A stretch of DNA of 37,292 bases from an uncultured Candidatus Saccharibacteria bacterium (GCA_964431785.1 CAYSKM010000001.1:4272-41563), one strand, 5' to 3'; positions 1-9,733 are shown, numbered from the stretch's first letter. Numbers and translations are program-made. Notes: generated by a model not told the origin, from the letters alone.

Positions 1-140
1 GTTCTTCATCAATACTTGGTATCTCAGGGATTACTGGAACTTCTGGCTGTTTAAGTTCTTCATCAATACTTGGTATTTCAGGGATTACTGGAACTTCTGG
101 TTGCTTAGGTTCTTCATCGATACTTGGTATCTCCGGGATT
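1..140 (-). repeat. 54-bp tandem coding repeat, at least 2.6 copies (IPEIPSIDEE[P/L]KQPEVPV)
   Basis: GTTCTTCATC(A/G)ATACTTGGTAT recurs at 1, 55 and 109; differences are mostly synonymous. Confidence 0.9.
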
Positions 141-742
141 GCTTTGAAGTTATTTGTTAATTTAACTTTAATTGCTTGGGATATATCAGAAGACTTGTTG
201 ATTATTTCTTGAAGTTCTTCTTTATTAATATCTAAAACAAGAGCTATTTCGGTAACTTTTTTATCGTATTCTTCTTTAATTGTTTTAATATTTTCAATTA
301 TTGTGTCAATTTCTTGAATTTCTTTTTCTGTTGTATTTGATTCAATACTATCTTCTTTTACAATGTTGTTAATTTCTTCAATTTCGGCTTCTGATAATTT
401 ATTGTAATTTAAAATAGATTCATTTTTAGAGTTATTTTTTGAAATCATTTCTTGATTCATTAAATATTTATTAGTTTGAAACTCAAGTAAATTTTTACTT
501 GAATCTGATACGTTTTCTTGTTTTAGGTTTTCTTGTTTTAAGTTATTTTTTAAAGAACCTTCACTAGTGATGAAATCGTTATTTGATTCAATAAAGCTAG
601 ATATGTTTCCCTCCTGCTTGTTGCCTTCAATATTAATAGAATATTTTTTACAATATTCTATAATTTCTTCTCGAGTAATACCATTATTATCTTCTTCTGG
701 TTTTATTAAGTTTTCATTTAGATCTTTTTCGAAGTTTGCCAT
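1..742 (-). CDS. Hypothetical acidic/Lys-rich protein, runs off the window edge; 18-aa Pro/Glu repeats
   Basis: ATG at 742-740 (MANFEKDLNENLIKPEEDNG...), in frame with the repeat region at 1-140. Absent from the ORF track, presumably because there is no stop inside the window. Confidence 0.8.
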   Translation of the reverse strand, partial: MANFEKDLNENLIKPEEDNNGITREEIIEYCKKYSINIEGNKQEGNISSFIESNNDFITSEGSLKNNLKQENLKQENVSDSSKNLLEFQTNKYLMNQEMISKNNSKNESILNYNKLSEAEIEEINNIVKEDSIESNTTEKEIQEIDTIIENIKTIKEEYDKKVTEIALVLDINKEELQEIINKSSDISQAIKVKLTNNFKAIPEIPSIDEEPKQPEVPVIPEIPSIDEELKQPEVPVIPEIPSIDEE

Positions 743-785
743 TTTTTTACTCTTATTTTTTATTGACAAGCAAGTAATTAAATAT

Positions 786-813
786 ATTATATCAGAAAAT
801 AAATATAACTCAA
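786..813 (-). promoter_or_regulatory. Putative sigma70 promoter for the 742..1 gene
   Basis: Minus strand TTGAGT-16 nt-TATAAT with extended -10 (TGaTATAAT). Confidence 0.45.
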
Positions 814-823
814 TATAAATGGT

Positions 824-2605
824 TTATTCTCTTTCAACCATCATTTTTTTCTTTTCTCTTATCTTTGCTATTTCTTCGGGGTTGGTAGTGATGATTAGGT
901 TTTCGGCATAGGAAGATACGATAGCAATAGCAACGTGTTTTTGTCCTGCAAAGAATATACCCTCTCCTACTGGAGTTTCAAGTAATAAATATTTTTCTTG
1001 GTCTGTTAGATTAAAAGTTTCTTGAATTAAGTCAATAGTGGCAGGACTTTGCTTTAATAATAATTGAATAGATGAATTAGTGACAATTGGTTTTCCGTAT
1101 TCTGAGTGCATGAAATCAGAAACATCTTGAGTGATTGTTGTAACCCCTAACCAGTATTTACGAGCCCTTTTGCATAAGCCAAAAAGAAAGGAGGCAGCGT
1201 TTTCGTCTTTCATCATCCACCATGCCTCATCAACAACAAGAATTCTTCTTTTAAAAGAGGTTCTCACGGTATTCCATATGTGTCTCATAACAATAAACAT
1301 AGCAACAAGACTTAATTCTCCTTCCATGTCTCTTAATCCAAAAACAATTAGAGGCGAGTTCATGTCAATATTGGTTTCATTGTTAAAGAAAGATGAAAAA
1401 GTTCCTTTTGTATATTTTCTTAATCTTTCAGTCATGTTTTCTGCTCCGCTCATGCCGTCTAGTACTGCTTCTAGATCTGCTAAAAGTGGAATGTTTTCAT
1501 TCCATCTTGCAGGGTCAGAATCTGGAGTAATATCTTTTGCTGCATATGTTTCTGTTAATGCCCTATCCATGATAGCATCTTCTTCTGGAGTTAATCCGTT
1601 TAACATTATACGCATAAGACCTACTAGGTTTATAACATTATTTCTTAAAACATCTTCAGCTGATTCATCTTCCATAAGTCCTGGTAAATCAAAAGGATTT
1701 AAATGACTATCTGAACTAATAGACACATTAAAAAAGGCTCCTCCTACTGCTTCTACGAGAGTTTTGTATTCGTTTTCGGGGTCAATAATAATACATTCTG
1801 TTCCCATCATGAGGTATCTTAGTACTTCTAGTTTAACTGTATATGATTTTCCAGAACCAGATTTTGCAAAAACAACCATGTTGGCATTTTCAAGACTAAA
1901 TCGATCAAAAAGAATAAGAGAACTATTGTGCTTATTTATTCCGTACAGAATTCCGTCGCTTGAGCTTAAATCAAAAGAAATAAAAGGAAAAAGACTAGAA
2001 AGTGCTCCGGTGTTTAATGTGTTATGAATTTGAATTAAATCTGAACAATATGGGAAGCATGAGTGTAATGCTTTTTCTTGTTGGAATAATGCTGGTTTGA
2101 TATAGATGAGACGTGACTCAAGTAAAGATCTTAAATTTGTTTCAATTAATTCTAAAGCTTTTTTATCGTCAGCATAAACATTGATATATAGTGCAAATTT
2201 AAACATTTTTTCTTGAGCTGTTTGAAGTTTGTCTCTTAATTCTTCTAAGTCTTCAAAGGCAGTTTCAAGAACAGGGTCTCTAATTAATCCTTTTTCTTGT
2301 TTCTCAATGATTTCTGACTGCACTTCTGTTACACTTTTTTGTAGTTGTTTTAAAACAGTGCTAGTGTCTATGGGGTGGAAAAAAAAGGATAAATCAAAAA
2401 CAATATCCATATTAATAATAGTGGAAAGCCATCCCATGTTAAGATATCTTGGATAGGAAAAAACAAAATATCCTTTGACGTATTTTTCTTCTAATCTTAC
2501 ACTGTTTTGATCAATTGCAATGGAAGCAGGAGCAATAATGTCTTTTACGTCCATTATTTCTTGCTCGTACAATTTTTGAACTTTGTTTCCTCCAAATAAA
2601 CCCAT
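824..2605 (-). CDS. virB4: VirB4-like (TraC/TrsE/DUF87) T4SS ATPase, CPR type
   Basis: Walker A AKSGSGKS, IIDPENEY, NPFD, Walker B LVVDEAW, KRARKY...ITQD; downstream of PrgI and TraC-like genes. Confidence 0.88.
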   Translation of the reverse strand: MGLFGGNKVQKLYEQEIMDVKDIIAPASIAIDQNSVRLEEKYVKGYFVFSYPRYLNMGWLSTIINMDIVFDLSFFFHPIDTSTVLKQLQKSVTEVQSEIIEKQEKGLIRDPVLETAFEDLEELRDKLQTAQEKMFKFALYINVYADDKKALELIETNLRSLLESRLIYIKPALFQQEKALHSCFPYCSDLIQIHNTLNTGALSSLFPFISFDLSSSDGILYGINKHNSSLILFDRFSLENANMVVFAKSGSGKSYTVKLEVLRYLMMGTECIIIDPENEYKTLVEAVGGAFFNVSISSDSHLNPFDLPGLMEDESAEDVLRNNVINLVGLMRIMLNGLTPEEDAIMDRALTETYAAKDITPDSDPARWNENIPLLADLEAVLDGMSGAENMTERLRKYTKGTFSSFFNNETNIDMNSPLIVFGLRDMEGELSLVAMFIVMRHIWNTVRTSFKRRILVVDEAWWMMKDENAASFLFGLCKRARKYWLGVTTITQDVSDFMHSEYGKPIVTNSSIQLLLKQSPATIDLIQETFNLTDQEKYLLLETPVGEGIFFAGQKHVAIAIVSSYAENLIITTNPEEIAKIREKKKMMVERE

Positions 2606-2616
2606 GGAAATAAATA

Positions 2617-3378
2617 TTAATTAATTAATTCTGGTGGAACTTGTGGATAATATCCTTGTTCTGATTGTTTTGGATTGTGGAAAGACCACAATAACTCAAT
2701 CAATTCCCTACTATCTAGGGCAACGGCTTTTAATCCAGATCTTCTTAATCCTAAAGCAGTATATTCCATTCTTTGCCCTAATTGAAATTTACCAGCTTTA
2801 AATTGTTTTTCAGTTAACTTTGCGTTCATTTTTTTTGCTTCTGCTAGGCTGGGATTGGCTTTAGGGGCTGCATTGGAATTGAAGTCTGTTGGATTGTTTG
2901 GGTCCTCTATTTTAGTGTTTTGCAATCCTAATAAATCTCCTTGAGCTGCTTCATCTGAAGCTGCTTTAAGTTGTTCTTTAGCCATTCCTACTTCAATCAG
3001 TGGATAATATGGAATAACGACATAAAAATTTTTGGTCATAATACTTCCACCTAGTACTATTTCTTCAATAAATTTACGGTAATCAACTGTTTGCATTCTT
3101 AACAATTCATTGGCTTGATTTTTTTCTAGCTCCTTAATTTTTTCTATATATCCAGTAAGATTTACTTTTCTTGATGTTACTAATATTTGGCAAGTGAAGT
3201 CTAATGAATTAAGAAAGTTTTGAAAATTATAAATAATAGCTTCTTGTTCTTCTTCTGATTTTAATGCAAAATTCAAAGAAGAAACTGCTAAAATTCCTTT
3301 CATAGAAGCGTCTTTCATGATCATAAACCCTTCTCTTACTTGTTGAACTTGTATAAAATCTTGCGATGGAGTTGCCAT
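2617..3378 (-). CDS. TraC-like T4SS accessory protein (resembles the VirB4 N-terminal region)
   Basis: SSLNFALKSEEEQEAIIYNFQNFLNSLDF and FYVVIPY motifs; located between prgI and virB4. Confidence 0.7.
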   Translation of the reverse strand: MATPSQDFIQVQQVREGFMIMKDASMKGILAVSSLNFALKSEEEQEAIIYNFQNFLNSLDFTCQILVTSRKVNLTGYIEKIKELEKNQANELLRMQTVDYRKFIEEIVLGGSIMTKNFYVVIPYYPLIEVGMAKEQLKAASDEAAQGDLLGLQNTKIEDPNNPTDFNSNAAPKANPSLAEAKKMNAKLTEKQFKAGKFQLGQRMEYTALGLRRSGLKAVALDSRELIELLWSFHNPKQSEQGYYPQVPPELIN

Positions 3379-3379
3379 T

Positions 3380-3796
3380 TTATTTTCTAAATTCTATTTT
3401 TTTACTAATATCATTAGCAGTATCTCTTTTGCCTAATGTAACTTTTTGTTCGGTAATTGCTTTTGTTTTATCTTCTTTCTTTTTTTCTAGAGATAAATAA
3501 ACAGGGATTTGTCTTCTTTTCCATAAGTATAGCTTAGTTTTCATATTAAAATCAATGGAGTTTTTAATTACAGAGGAGATTGATAATCCTTCTACCTTAT
3601 AGAAGGCGAGAAAAAGTGCTACTCCGAACATTCCTCCTGACAAAACAAAGAAAAGAAAGAAATTAGTACTTCCTATTGAAACGTACAATATAAAAGTTCC
3701 GAATAGTGCTGCTCCAATATATATTGTTTGACTCATAGTGAAAGGTCCGAGCAGTTTTGGGTCGTGTTCAATAAATTGTGGAACTCTTACTTGCAT
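3380..3796 (-). CDS. PrgI-family (VirB3-like) membrane protein
   Basis: MQxxVPQFIEHDPKLLGPFT N-terminus followed by two TM helices. Confidence 0.8.
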   Translation of the reverse strand: MQVRVPQFIEHDPKLLGPFTMSQTIYIGAALFGTFILYVSIGSTNFFLFFVLSGGMFGVALFLAFYKVEGLSISSVIKNSIDFNMKTKLYLWKRRQIPVYLSLEKKKEDKTKAITEQKVTLGKRDTANDISKKIEFRK

Positions 3797-3854
3797 AAAA
3801 TTGTAATAGGATCTTTATAATATTGTTAATAAGAAATAGTTTAGGTTGTTTATT

Positions 3855-4742
3855 TTATAAAGGAGCCTCTTTATAAGGGTCGTTATTTTTACTATTCTCT
3901 TCCCCGGGAGTATTTTCATTTATTCGAGTAGGAATATTAGCACTATTGATTTCTGGCTTTTCGGGTATTTTTATTTCCTCAACATTAATATCTTTTAAGG
4001 AGTCTTTGAAAGCGTCTCTAGTAGGAATCTTGGGAATTGTTTGATCTTCGGAAAAAAGCGAATTGTCTTTTGGTTCTGGTTTAAATACTTCTTCATTTTG
4101 CGAAACTTCTTTGTTTTCCACAATAGGACTGTTATTAACCTGAGGCTTAAACACTTCAGGGGTAGAGGGGTTGCTATTTTCTTTAAAGGCCTCAGGGGTG
4201 TGAGATTTTTCTTGATTAGCTTTATTGATGACCTTTGAATTAGGAATAAATACCTCTGATCCATCTGATTGATTGAGTTTTGCTGAAATGCTATCGGTTG
4301 AATTTAATTGATTTCTTCCTGAGCTAAACTTATGAGGATCAAAAGTTTTTGGAGCTGGTTCTTCTTTCTTAAGAATTCCATCTTTGCTGCTAGTGAAGGA
4401 GTCTGCATAGTCGCTATTTTTTTGGTTTATTTTATTTAAAGACACTCTTAGGTGTTTAAAAATAGAAATATATATTTGTTTATGAATTTGTCCTGCTAAA
4501 TCCTGACTAATATTTAGTTCAAGCTCAATGGTAATAGGTAGTTCATGTAAAGGAAGAAGTCCCATTATTACCCTACCAGTGTATTTTGCTACAAGAGCGG
4601 TTTGTTCTTCATTGAGTCCTGCTTGAGCACATATGTGTGAAATTACTTCATTGTTCTTATCAGAAAATAGAGCGTCTTTAAGCTCTTCTGGTAGTTGTTT
4701 ATACACTTCCCAAAAATAATCTTTTGTATATTCTTTAGTCAT
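3855..4742 (-). CDS. Hypothetical protein; helical N-terminal domain and low-complexity P/E/K/N tail ending DPYKEAPL
   Basis: ATG at 4742 preferred over TTG at 4763; in operon order upstream of prgI. Confidence 0.75.
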   Translation of the reverse strand: MTKEYTKDYFWEVYKQLPEELKDALFSDKNNEVISHICAQAGLNEEQTALVAKYTGRVIMGLLPLHELPITIELELNISQDLAGQIHKQIYISIFKHLRVSLNKINQKNSDYADSFTSSKDGILKKEEPAPKTFDPHKFSSGRNQLNSTDSISAKLNQSDGSEVFIPNSKVINKANQEKSHTPEAFKENSNPSTPEVFKPQVNNSPIVENKEVSQNEEVFKPEPKDNSLFSEDQTIPKIPTRDAFKDSLKDINVEEIKIPEKPEINSANIPTRINENTPGEENSKNNDPYKEAPL

Positions 4743-4817
4743 AAAAATATTGAGATTTTTCAATAAACCATTAATTAACTAAAGTTATTTTAACAAGTAG
4801 AGAGAAGGATGTCCATA

Positions 4818-4856
4818 TTGACAAATGTATTAATTTATTTTATTAGTAAAGAGGTG
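4818..4856 (+). promoter_or_regulatory. Putative sigma70 promoter and Shine-Dalgarno for the 4862 gene
   Basis: TTGACA (4818-4823), 17 nt, TATTAG; GAGGTG at 4851-4856. Confidence 0.5.
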
Positions 4857-4861
4857 TAACA

Positions 4862-5266
4862 ATGAAAGATAAAGAAAAGATATTAAAAGCAACAGCAAAG
4901 GTATTATTTGCCTTGCTGTTTGCAATGGTTGTAATTGCTATCACTAGCCTGGAGACAGGTATAATGATAGTAGGAGGAATTTTACTGATATATTTGATTA
5001 AAAAATATATTAGTAAGATTGCGAGCGCGCTATTATTTCTGTTGCTATTAATAGTAACAGGGATAATCCTCTTTATAATAGGGTTTGTCCTATTATATGC
5101 CTTAGAAGTAGTGGGAGGCTGCTATTTCTATGGGTGGGGTCCGCTGGATTTAATAGAGAGATTCTCTGTTAATCCAGCAGAAGCATTGGGCAGTGCGGTT
5201 GCATATGCCTTATTCCCACTAGTCCTGTATTTTGGACTAATGATATGGTGGGAGGGAGCGAAATAA
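4862..5266 (+). CDS. Hypothetical small membrane protein (about 4 TM)
   Basis: 134-aa hydrophobic ORF with a strong SD. Confidence 0.75.
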   Translation: MKDKEKILKATAKVLFALLFAMVVIAITSLETGIMIVGGILLIYLIKKYISKIASALLFLLLLIVTGIILFIIGFVLLYALEVVGGCYFYGWGPLDLIERFSVNPAEALGSAVAYALFPLVLYFGLMIWWEGAK

Positions 5267-5287
5267 CACATTAGTGTTATTTTTTTA

Positions 5288-5334
5288 TTGACATTTTCGT
5301 ATTTTTATTTTATAAAATATACATCACTGAGGTG
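5288..5334 (+). promoter_or_regulatory. Putative sigma70 promoter and Shine-Dalgarno for the 5340 gene
   Basis: TTGACA (5288-5293), 17 nt, TATAAA; GAGGTG at 5329-5334. Confidence 0.55.
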
Positions 5335-5339
5335 AAAAA

Positions 5340-6869
5340 ATGGGAAAAGAAGAAATGCCCAAAAACGAAATGTCCATTCTTCAAGAAGGGACAATAATAC
5401 TAAAGTCATTTTGCGTGACTTTAGTTCCCCTGTTATTATTCATAATAACAGTGAAATACATCTCATTGTCAATTTTAATGTTGGCAGTGGGATTAGTAGT
5501 AGTAATAACTGCTACTTATGTATTGTTTTTAGGCGTAGTGTATTTTTGGCTAGCGCCTAATAATCTTTTCTTCACGTTTGTGCGTGAAGGAACAGCAAAA
5601 ATAGTTCTATCAAATCAGGCTTATGATAGAACTATAATCAGCCTTGAGGGGTATCATCTAAATAAAAGAGATTATTTAGATAAGAATACTCAAGAGGCTG
5701 TTGATTACAAGCCTGAGAAAATGACAAATGCCTTTTTCCGGTTAATTCTTTTTGGAGGATTACACTGGATTGGTATTTGGCCATTTGCTCAGGTCTACCG
5801 ATATAATTTTTCATGGACGTCGGTAGATGCAGCAGGTAATCCCCTATCACATCAGAAAAGTATGATTGATTATGTCTTTTGCAAAAAAGATACATATCAT
5901 ACTGACTTGGTAGATGCGGAAGACAGAGATGGTCTTCCAATAACAATCAAGTTAGTGATTGTGATAGTGGTGATTTCCCCCTTCACTGCCCTGATGAAGG
6001 TAGATAGATGGCTAGATGCTGTTATCTCTATCATCAGAGGGGAAATCCGCAGTGAGATTGCTAAGTATACGTATGAGCAACTCATTGATCGGAACGCGGG
6101 GCTTAAAGAAGGGTCCCAGGCTGGGAAAGGATTGGGAGATGAAATTTTCTTCCGACTCAATAGCGAGCCTGACTGCCCCTTAGAGAGTCTTAATACTAAT
6201 TTAAGACCAGCCAAGGGGTCGGACCTGGAATATATTGAGACTCATTTCGGAGTGAAAGTGTTAGCTATTAAAATAACTAACATTGACCCTGAAAAGAGTC
6301 TCAGGGATCTGACTATTGAGAAATATAGGGCAGATCGAAAGGCTCAGGCTAAAATCATCACTGCCAAAGGAGAGGCAACTGCAATTAGAGAAATTGCTGA
6401 TGCTACTTCGGATAAATATGTGGCAGAAACAGCCGAAGCCGTAAGAAAGTCATTTCTTAAAAGTCTCTGTTTCTCTGAAGTAGAGATTAAAGAAATGGAC
6501 AACAAGAAGTTCCTAACGTTGAGAGGGCTTTATCCAGAAGACTGGAATAATGCCCTTGATCTGGTTAGGACGAAACTCATGGTAGACGGTAAGTCTTACT
6601 TTGAGTTAAGGGGGTCTAAGGGAGGAGATATTAATTCTCTTTCTGAAATGATCGCTGTCTCAAGTTATTTCAACCAAAAAGAGATTTTTGGGAAAAATAA
6701 TGAGGCAGAGAAAAGTTGCACAATCAATGTGCAATCCAACCCCCCTCAACCTTCTTCAAGAAAAAAGAAGAAGGAAAAACCGTCTTCAGAACAAGACGTT
6801 GAGTTCTCTGATGAAGTTTTAGATCTTCTCAGAGAAAACAATATTGATCCTGAAGATGCAATATTATAG
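5340..6869 (+). CDS. SPFH/band-7-like membrane protein
   Basis: Two N-terminal TMs, FTFVREG, GGLHWIGIWPF, FGVKVLAIKITNIDP and the Ala/Glu-rich coil ADRKAQAKIITAKGEATAIR. Confidence 0.7.
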   Translation: MGKEEMPKNEMSILQEGTIILKSFCVTLVPLLLFIITVKYISLSILMLAVGLVVVITATYVLFLGVVYFWLAPNNLFFTFVREGTAKIVLSNQAYDRTIISLEGYHLNKRDYLDKNTQEAVDYKPEKMTNAFFRLILFGGLHWIGIWPFAQVYRYNFSWTSVDAAGNPLSHQKSMIDYVFCKKDTYHTDLVDAEDRDGLPITIKLVIVIVVISPFTALMKVDRWLDAVISIIRGEIRSEIAKYTYEQLIDRNAGLKEGSQAGKGLGDEIFFRLNSEPDCPLESLNTNLRPAKGSDLEYIETHFGVKVLAIKITNIDPEKSLRDLTIEKYRADRKAQAKIITAKGEATAIREIADATSDKYVAETAEAVRKSFLKSLCFSEVEIKEMDNKKFLTLRGLYPEDWNNALDLVRTKLMVDGKSYFELRGSKGGDINSLSEMIAVSSYFNQKEIFGKNNEAEKSCTINVQSNPPQPSSRKKKKEKPSSEQDVEFSDEVLDLLRENNIDPEDAIL

Positions 6870-6894
6870 GCTTTTTATAAGCCTCTTTTTTTTT
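6868..6894 (+). terminator. Intrinsic terminator after the SPFH gene
   Basis: AGGCTT/AAGCCT stem, 5-nt loop, then C and a T9 run, between convergent genes. Confidence 0.65.
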
Positions 6895-7387
6895 AAAATA
6901 AATCTTGTCCTAGTCCACCTTTTTTTTGGGGAGGCTCTTCTGTGGAAGGGTTTTCTTGAATGATTGGATTGTCTTCGGGTTCTTCTTCTTGGTATTCTTG
7001 GTATTCATCATCGGATTCACTTCTTAGAGTGATTGCTGATATCTCATATTGAATATTTTCATCTTCAAGAATGATTTGACTAATCTCTTTACATAAATCA
7101 AGAGGAAGTTTAGTATTTTCTTCAATAATATATGGAAGATTTTCTGGAGTAACTTTTTGATTAATGACAAGAAAGATAATATTCCATAATTTTTGAGAAT
7201 AAGGAAAAAAGTCTTTACAGTAAGCAAGCTTTGCACCCCATCTTCCAAGTGGGGTTTGTGCAAGATTGATAATGTCTTGATGTTTTTTAGAAGCTATTTC
7301 AACATTTTCTAGTTGATATTTGGTGATAATGCCTTCTATTAATTCAATATCTTGTACTGTTGGGTATTTATATATTTGATTAGTCAT
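6893..7387 (-). CDS. Hypothetical protein with acidic tail; helical segment resembles the 3855..4742 product
   Basis: 164-aa ORF directly downstream of the VirB6-like gene. Confidence 0.75.
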   Translation of the reverse strand: MTNQIYKYPTVQDIELIEGIITKYQLENVEIASKKHQDIINLAQTPLGRWGAKLAYCKDFFPYSQKLWNIIFLVINQKVTPENLPYIIEENTKLPLDLCKEISQIILEDENIQYEISAITLRSESDDEYQEYQEEEPEDNPIIQENPSTEEPPQKKGGLGQDLF

Positions 7388-7404
7388 AATTATGTTAATT
7401 TAAA

Positions 7405-9666
7405 TTAAGGATTTGCTCCTTCAGCCAATAAGAACCTTTCTCTGTTTCCTCTAGTAACTTCGAATTTTTGGGCATCATCTTGTAGTTTTTGTAATCGGGC
7501 TTCATGCATTTTGTAATTAGGGTCACTTGTATTAAGAGTACTGAGAGTTGCATTCGTGTCTGTGATTTGTGTATTGATGTCAGTGATATACTCTTCACCA
7601 TCCCATATTTCCTTTCTTATCTTAAGGTCTTTCATTTCTTCTGCTTCTTCTTGCGTTAGGCTTGGTTGTTTGTCTAATGCGTTTATTCTTGTTACAACTG
7701 CCTGATAATCTGAATTTTCTTTTCTAACTTGTTCTTTTTGTTTTTCTGTAAGATTGCCATAGCTTTTCTTGTATTCATTTTCTTGATTAATTTTTCCATT
7801 TTTCATTGTTATTTTATTCATTCCTGCTCCAAGAGATATTATTGAGCTAGTTGGACTTGCTCCTTTTTCTGTATTCTCTCGTATAATTTTTTGAACATCT
7901 TTAATTTCTGATGGTGGCTTAAGAATAGGTGCTAGTTCGGGATTACTGCTAATAATTTGTTTTCTAGTTTTTTCAGTAAGAGAATCAGCGAATTTTTTAT
8001 TTTTAATCAAATCACTTACCACATGACCTTTTTTATTATTTACTAGAGTGCTGGTTATCTCGTTTATAGAGCCAGGGTTTTTGTCAGCAAATCCAGGAGT
8101 TGAAAGAATTTCAACTGCTAACTTAGAGTCTGTTTTAGCAATTTCTTGAAGAGATGAATCGGAAAGCTTGTCAGTATTGTTTTTAATATATTCTTTTTCA
8201 TTGTCACCAAGAGCTCCTTCTTGCTCAAGTTTTAATTTTATAGCGGCATTATATAGAGCCCTCCCCTCTTCTGAGTGTACGTTTTTGTTTTTAAGAACAC
8301 TATCTATTTTTTCAGGTGCGTTTTTGAGATCATTATATGCTTTTGTTTCTAAGTCTTTCTTTCTTTGATTTTCTTCACTTGCTTTTTTAACTCTTCTGCC
8401 TTCTCCAGCACCTAAGGTTGCGTTTTTGACTCCACGCATAGTAGCCCATACTGCTCCTTTTCCTTCACTTGTAGCTGATCTATATCCTTCTATAGCCCTT
8501 CCAACTGTGCCTTGTGAAATTGATTTTCCAGTGCGATATGCTTTTTTTCCAGCGCCATATACTCTTTTTCCTGATGCATACTTGCCTCTAGCATAACCGA
8601 CAAGATTTCCTCCTTTTGTATTAAGAGTATTTTTTAATTTTCCTGAAATATCAAACAAAGAAGAGGCTGCTTTATTCATGGTCATGAAAAAGCCTTGATA
8701 TAATACTCCTATTGGAAGAAGATAGCTGAAAAGTAATGAAAAGACTCCCTCTAATTCTCCGCTTGGAGCAGAAAGAATGGCAGTGGGGTTTTGAAAAGTT
8801 ATTCCCATGAGAAGATTTGATAAATATATACTAAATGCAGCAGGAATTCCGATAAAAGTCCAATTCATAAAGTCTTTCCACCAGGCGTCCCACATGCATT
8901 GTTCTGGAAGAATATATTTCAAAATATCCATTGCTTTTGTTGGAAGGAAAACTTTACTTGCAAAAGCAATTGGTGAAATTATAATTAATAGCCATAATTG
9001 AATATAGCGGAACATAAAAAGAACTCCATAGAGGAAATAAATTGCAGCGGAAACAACACAAAAAATGGCAAGAACAATAACAGTTGTAATATCTTCTAGT
9101 CCCTGAGGATTCATGCGATTAGCTAAGGCTGTTTTTAATTGAGGAGCTGCTCCTCCTCTAAGAATAGCATTCATAAGAGAGTTTGCAATATCAATTATTG
9201 TATCGCATATAACTGGAGTAAAATTGATTAATAAGGCTATCAAAACAAAATTAATAAGCATTTTTTTTGCTTTGGTTTCTTGGTATTCAAGCATGATACT
9301 GATAGCAACAGCAACAAGACCAAAAACTAATAATATATTGGCAATATTTCTAATTGCAGTCCATCCTTGGCTAATAAGAGGATTGTCCATGCTAGAAGTC
9401 ATTCCTTGGTTAACAAAATCTCCTGAGGATGTCCAGTTTAAAAAACCAAAACCTAAGTCAAGAATTGTAAGACTTATTCCTGCTATTACACCAATTATAG
9501 TGCCAACTAATCCTTGAGAAAAATCTAACCCCATTCCCCCTAAAAAACTATATATTGCTCCCATTGGGTCAAAATTAAAAGCATAAACTGAAACAGGAGC
9601 TACAATTAATATCATTATTAAAATAAGGAAAATGTTGTTTTTAAGAAATGGTTTTAAGCTGTGCAT
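7405..9666 (-). CDS. VirB6/TrbL-like polytopic T4SS membrane protein with long soluble C-terminal tail
   Basis: Signal peptide (VYA), GWTAIRNIAN, ALLINFT, RYIQLWLLIIISPIAF, WWKDF; several TMs, then a Gly/Lys-rich and coiled-coil tail. Confidence 0.72.
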   Translation of the reverse strand: MHSLKPFLKNNIFLILIMILIVAPVSVYAFNFDPMGAIYSFLGGMGLDFSQGLVGTIIGVIAGISLTILDLGFGFLNWTSSGDFVNQGMTSSMDNPLISQGWTAIRNIANILLVFGLVAVAISIMLEYQETKAKKMLINFVLIALLINFTPVICDTIIDIANSLMNAILRGGAAPQLKTALANRMNPQGLEDITTVIVLAIFCVVSAAIYFLYGVLFMFRYIQLWLLIIISPIAFASKVFLPTKAMDILKYILPEQCMWDAWWKDFMNWTFIGIPAAFSIYLSNLLMGITFQNPTAILSAPSGELEGVFSLLFSYLLPIGVLYQGFFMTMNKAASSLFDISGKLKNTLNTKGGNLVGYARGKYASGKRVYGAGKKAYRTGKSISQGTVGRAIEGYRSATSEGKGAVWATMRGVKNATLGAGEGRRVKKASEENQRKKDLETKAYNDLKNAPEKIDSVLKNKNVHSEEGRALYNAAIKLKLEQEGALGDNEKEYIKNNTDKLSDSSLQEIAKTDSKLAVEILSTPGFADKNPGSINEITSTLVNNKKGHVVSDLIKNKKFADSLTEKTRKQIISSNPELAPILKPPSEIKDVQKIIRENTEKGASPTSSIISLGAGMNKITMKNGKINQENEYKKSYGNLTEKQKEQVRKENSDYQAVVTRINALDKQPSLTQEEAEEMKDLKIRKEIWDGEEYITDINTQITDTNATLSTLNTSDPNYKMHEARLQKLQDDAQKFEVTRGNRERFLLAEGANP

Positions 9667-9674
9667 GCTTGATT

Positions 9675-9728
9675 TTGCAATAATTATTTAATGATGGTAT
9701 AATTATAACATAATTATTATTTATGCAA
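9675..9728. promoter_or_regulatory. Overlapping divergent sigma70 promoters
   Basis: Plus strand TTGCAA-17-TATAAT (9675-9703, TGgTATAAT); minus strand TGtTATAAT at 9702-9710; the two -10 boxes overlap in the palindrome TATAATTATA. Confidence 0.55.
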
Positions 9729-9733
9729 AAGAG

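Noticed and set aside
567-2456. Plus-strand ORFs at 567, 1131, 1764 and 2229, and similar short nested ORFs elsewhere
   Set aside because: Antisense or out-of-frame to well-supported genes, with no recognisable motifs.
824-9666. Integrative conjugative element or plasmid
   Set aside because: No relaxase, integrase or att sites in the window; the locus lies near housekeeping genes and resembles the chromosomal CPR T4SS-like cluster.
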